From the NCBI GenBank assembly GCA_003990765.1, contig RBNJ01000109.1, positions 1-41,329 of the forward strand: DNA of 41,329 bases. Direction: 5' to 3'. The stretch is from Jimgerdemannia flammicorona. Taxonomy: Eukaryota. The translations under genes and the position numbers were made by a program. Under the pieces are notes generated by a model, which made no database searches, was not told where the DNA came from, and saw only the letters and a list, made by a program, of their open reading frames with translations. Shown in pieces: positions 36,198 to 41,329 of this stretch (its first letter is position 1; each line of letters begins with the position of its first letter).

Positions 36198-39100
36198 TGT
36201 AATAGACTAAAAACATACCACCTGAATTATAACTTAGTCAGATGATGTGAACAATTAGCATACTTACTCAGCATAATGTGACTTCCAGTATATCATAGTT
36301 ACTCATGCCCACCATACTTATAATTAGCTGAGACATCAGATCAGGATTGTTTATATATGTCCTAAGGACACACTCATGTCCGGCGGACACACTTATGTCC
36401 TGTGGACACACTCATGTCCTGCAGACACACTTATGTCCTGTGGACACACCTGTACCCAGAGGACATACCCAAACATTACCGAAGATAGCAAATCTATAGT
36501 TAGCCACATAGCAACCAGATGGCAACCAACTTATATATATTACCCCAGAATTGAGAGTGAATAAAACCTCAGTCCGAATTGAAGTACAAACCAAAGAAGT
36601 CTCTAAAGATTGAGCAATTGGTCCCCTTATTCCCACTCCGGTCCACTTTCTGATACAAAGATTGATTGGTTCACTTGCCAGATAAGCCTGAAGATTTGCC
36701 ACCTAAGTTTAAGGAGAACTTTGCCGCCTTTTGAGTAATCTGCCACTTAAGGAATAAGCTGCTATTTCCAAGTTATCTACATTAGAAAGCTGCCTTGCCC
36801 AAGCCAGTTTCTGATGCAACTTCGCAGTGATCCATTCGCGCAAATGAAGCCAGTCTTAGATGCAACTTTGCCAAGAGACCCTTTCCAAGCTGCCATCCCA
36901 TTTCCCAGTTAGAGCCACTGATTCAGGAAGAATCTGCACCATCATATTCTCAGTTAAAGCCGCCGATTCAGGAAGAACCTGCGCCATCTGGGTTAATTTC
37001 CAGTTAAGCCACCGTTCTCAAGAAACCGCTGATTCAGAAAGGATCCGCGCTGTCCGAGTTATTTCCCAGAAGCCCACCGATTCAGGAAGGATCTGCATCA
37101 TCTGCCATTTCTGAGTTATCCACATTCCCAGTGAGCCTAGGAAGAATCCATGCCATATGATTCCCAGTGAGCCAAATTGAGTTACCTGCCAAATTATCAG
37201 GACGTCACTCAAGAAGGAAACTGCCACGCTACACAAGAGATTGTCATGCTACACAGAGATCGTCATGCAGAAATCACATAAGGAGAACTGCTAAATTGCC
37301 AGACTGTCACCCAGAAATCACATACTTTTGGAAATTACCTTGCTACACAAAATTGTACCATTCCCAGTTGACCCAAGAAGGAGAGATACAAGTCGCCACT
37401 ACACTCAGAGAATAGTCCCAATAAGGAAACCACTTGCAGATATCCAGCTTTGACTATTATACCACTAAATACCAAGGACCTCAGGAATCTTAGAACATTT
37501 TGTTGCTTTTTGACAAAGTAACTGGGGGCTCAAGCCAAACTACATCAACTCCCAATCTTGTAATTTGTCTTTATTGAGCTGGCACATTACATTTGGGGGC
37601 TCAACTGGGAAGATTTTAAAATCAACGTGACTTTTCAGCTCACAAGAACCTACAGTCAAACTGGATATGTTTGATACAACACTAATCTCTACCACTACAG
37701 GAGAACTGCTCATCACTAGCATTTGGACAGGAAGAGTAGTAATCACCTCAAGACTTGCCAACTACTCAGCATCAGAAGGATCCCAACCAGAAGCAGGAGG
37801 CAGTATAGCCCGAAATCCTCAACCAGATCAATCAGACAATACAGGCAGCCCTGCCAGAGTTTTTAGAGAACTTGCACAAGAACTAGAAGACCTTATTACC
37901 CAGACCCAACACTTTACAGCCAGACACCCCACACAAGCCCCACCAATCTCACCAATAGAACCCCTACCACAACCCTGTGCAGAACCAGAAGTAGCTCCTA
38001 CAAGAATACCTAGGCCTATTCTACCCCACCCAAGGACCAGAACACCATCTTCAAGATACCCAAGCACCCCAGTCTCTAGTGACAGTTCAGAAAGTGAATC
38101 AGAATCAGAATCTGAACCTGAACCAGAATCAGAAGAAAGTGACGATGAAATGGCCACCTCATTACCAATCTTTGCAGGATACCCAGAGGAGGACCCCAGA
38201 GAATTCCTTGATGGAATTGAAGGAATTGCAGCCTTGAGAAACCTCTCAGATGAAAGAAAAATCGCCATCTACAAAGCCCAGCTTAGAGAAGTAGCTAGAG
38301 GAATTTTCCACCAAACAGCAAACAATCCAGATTCGGAACTGGCAAGACAGATACAAGCAGCATTCTCTGATGAGCTAGAATATCAGGCCATGGTCCATTG
38401 GCTCATTGAAAAATATGCAGGAAATGAAACCCACCACAAGGCTCAGGAATCTATCATGGGAATGAAGATGAATCTTAGAGAATCACCCAGAGCCTTCTTC
38501 ACAAGAATCCAGAAGAGATTGCATTCTGTCCGGTTTAATGCCACCAACCAAGACATCATAGGTCCAATGACCTTCATGAATGGAATTCCTCTGAATATTG
38601 CCCAGCATGTCTGCACTCTAGGCATCAGAAGGTCTGAAGAGCAAGTAGATGCAGCCCAAGGATTCTTTGATGTCAGGCAAGGAACTACCTGGAGTGATCA
38701 TGATAAGAAGGAAGATAAAGAAGATATCCTGGTTAAAGCCCTGCAAGGACTCCTCCAAGGACAAGAAAGATCTGAAGAACGAAGGCCAGCCAAGGAAGGA
38801 AAGAAGGATAGAAGTGAAATCCAAGATGTCAGCTCCAAGTTAGACCAATTGGTCAGACAGATTGAAAAACTCACCACATGCGAAAATTGGGACTATCAAA
38901 ACAGCAGAGGGTACCCACCACAGAGGAGCCAAGGTTACCCACCAAAAGATAACAGGAATTACCAGCAAGAAGAAAGAAGATACCCTGTCCAAGACAGAGC
39001 CCAAGTCCAATGCTTCCACTGTGGACAATTCGGACACTATGCTACTGAGTGTGACAACAAAAGAAGTGACCAGAGAGACTCAGAACTACCAAACCGAAGG

Positions 39101-41310
39101 AATGATACCCAGTACAAGAAGACTGAAGCCCATCCTGTTGAAGATTTCGAGGAAACAAGCAACAGTGAAGACTACAATGACCTAGACTTGTACCCTACCA
39201 AGGTTACTATGTGAAAGACAGTCTACCCAGCAGAAAAAAGGAAGAGACCTGTGGGAAGACCATCCAGGAACATCAGCAGGAGAATCATTCAAGAAGAAGA
39301 TGAAGAATATGAGGAGGAACAAGTTGAAACACCTCCCCGAACCCCCTCACCTTTTGTGCCTGAGACAAATGAATTGCCACCAGAAGATGAAGAAATGGCA
39401 CAAGAAGAACGGGAACCTGCTGCTCCAAGGCCTAAGAAAAAGTATACTCCAAAGACCATGCCTAGAGACATTTACAATGAAGCCTGGCAGAAGATCCAAG
39501 AAGCCAAGATGGAAGTTCCTCTTCTGCAGTTCTTGCAATTGACACCAGCTGGAGTCTGAAACAAATTGCTGAGCACCACCAGGTCTAGCACTGACCGAGT
39601 ACCAATCCCACAACAAGAACCAGCCCCTATTCCTGTCCAAGCAGCTGAAAGACATGTCAGCACCTACTTACATGGAGACATTGGAGGACAAAAAGCAAAA
39701 ATCCTCATAGACACTGGAGCAGCTATCTGTGTCATTGCCAAATGATTCCTGGACACCCTCCAATGGCCCATTGATGGACCATCCAACCTTAGCATCATAG
39801 TAGCAGATGGAGCCTGAACTCAACCTCTTGGAGAAGTACAAAACATCACCATCTCCCTTGGACATATTCAGTTCTCCATCTCTAAAGCTGTTGTCACTGA
39901 AGCTGTCACCTATGATATGATTCTTGGCACCAACTAGATGAAGGAAATGAATGCAGTTGTTGATATCGGCCAACAAGTACTCAAGTTTGACTACCGAGAC
40001 AAGAAGTATAGAGTTAAGGTGACCAGCTATGAGCAATCAAAGAAAAAGAAGAAGGTCACTATTCAGGAAGAGTATGCCAGTAGTGAAGAATCTACTACAG
40101 AAGAAGAAGAAGAATCCGAAGATGGAAATGATCCCAGACTCAATCCTCGAATTAACCTGGTGGATGACAGACCAGAAGACAATATGTGGGCTAAGAACAC
40201 TATCCCCATCACCATTGGAGCCATTGCAGGAGAAGCCAAAGGATGCCCCACATGCCTCAAGAGACACAAGTGTCCTGAGCACTCCTCCAAGATCATGGGA
40301 ACAAGGAAATTGCCTGGTGCAGCCTGCCCAGAATGCAGAAGAAAGAAGAAGAAATGCAGACATATTCCAGAAACACCTGCAACTGAAGCTACAGAGGTAC
40401 AAGCAATTTGGGGTCAAGAATCATCTGAGGAAAAAGAAACTTCTGACCAAGAAGTTCCTGAACAAGAAGCACCTGATGAAGAAGAAGTCTCTGAACTCAT
40501 CCCCTGGGATGACCCTTGCTGGACACCACCTGAAGACAATGACCCCTGGAATATAGAGGAAGGACCCAGTACTATCACCATTATCCCCAAGAAAGAAACC
40601 TACCAAGAGAAAGCTTTCTGGCTAGGAAGATGTCCACATCAAATGGTCTTCCACTCTCCCAGAGACTATTGCTATCAGTGTCATCTGTTGGATCAACAAG
40701 ACAGAGACGCCAGAGACCAGAACCCCCAACTATTCTTGCATAGTCTACCACCTTTCAAGAAGTCACCACAAGGTTACAAAGTCGATTTAGAGAACAAGGC
40801 TTCTTTACCCAAACAGAAATATATCCCTTATCTACCCTTCCCCCAACCTATGATCAGGATGGGTACCGATTTCCCAGACAACAAGAGATAAATAGCCAGG
40901 AACATCATTTCCGAGCAATGGGATATTGCAACCATGGAAGACACCCTGATTGCTGAGACTGCAGACATCAGAAGATTCATCTCAGTTATGATGTTGCAGT
41001 GCACACTCTGAAGAAAGGAGATATATAACTAAAGCCAGATCCAAAAAAGTCAGATTCGAAAAAGCCAGACCAAGAAGCCCAGAAAAAGAATTCTCAAGAT
41101 CTATGATTTGGGAGAAGACATCCTAGCTCTCATCAGACATGTAATCTGCCAAGGATGGGCAGAAGATGCCACCAACTTCATGGAAGCCCTTGACCCCACA
41201 GGAAGGAGGGGAATCAATTACCTCCGAGACCCCTCTACTGGAGCCAGATGGCCACACCTCAACCTCAGAGCTTGGAGGCTCTCTGCTAGTGGAGCTTCAG
41301 CCTCAGGAAA
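36198..41310 (+). mobile_element. Second Gypsy copy (5' LTR 36198-37591, PBS 37594-37611, gag, protease, Cys-rich insert), cut by poly-T at the window end
   Basis: LTR TGTAAT...TTACA; internal region collinear with 23131-26790 and less decayed. Confidence 0.93.
37667..41310 (+). pseudogene. Gypsy gag-pol, copy 2
   Basis: ORFs at 37667, 39251 and 39938 share one frame and are separated by TGA/TAG. Knuckle CFHCGQFGHYATEC, protease ILIDTGAAICVI (about 39700). Probable true gag start at ATG 38150. Confidence 0.9.
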
Positions 41311-41329
41311 TTTTTTTTTTTTTTTTTTT

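Noticed and set aside
37667-37669. ATG as the gag start
   Set aside because: Aligned codon is ACA in copy 1, implying ancestral ACG. ATG 38150 is present in both copies.
39212-39214. Programmed gag-pol stop-codon readthrough
   Set aside because: The other copy has CAA at this codon, so the TGA is a decayed CGA.

Overview
Eukaryotic, almost certainly fungal (early-diverging, Mucoromycota-like by inference) transposon graveyard with one intact host gene. The gene is a six-exon Crinkler (CRN) gene (16147-19302, about 722 aa) with a ubiquitin-like header, a P-loop NTPase and a restriction-endonuclease-fold C-terminus. It sits in a CpG-rich island. The surrounding elements are nested and C-to-T hypermutated. 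They comprise: three L1/Tx1-like LINE copies (one full length with TSD and poly-A); two Ty1/Copia relics; an 8-bp-TSD hAT-type MITE; a Tc1/IS630-like transposase relic; and one Ty3/Gypsy family seen as a complete copy, a 5' partial copy and a solo LTR. The Gypsy family is unusual. It has a tRNA-Pro PBS, a 4-bp TSD, a single gag-pol frame, an approximately 410-aa Cys/His-rich insert plus a dUTPase between protease and RT, and an extra ORF after integrase. A satellite at 32.5-35.3 kb is interrupted by a TSD-flanked, poly-A-tailed insertion made mostly of a 1.3-kb GGCAA-based array. Coordinates and alignments were read by eye and may be off by a few bases.
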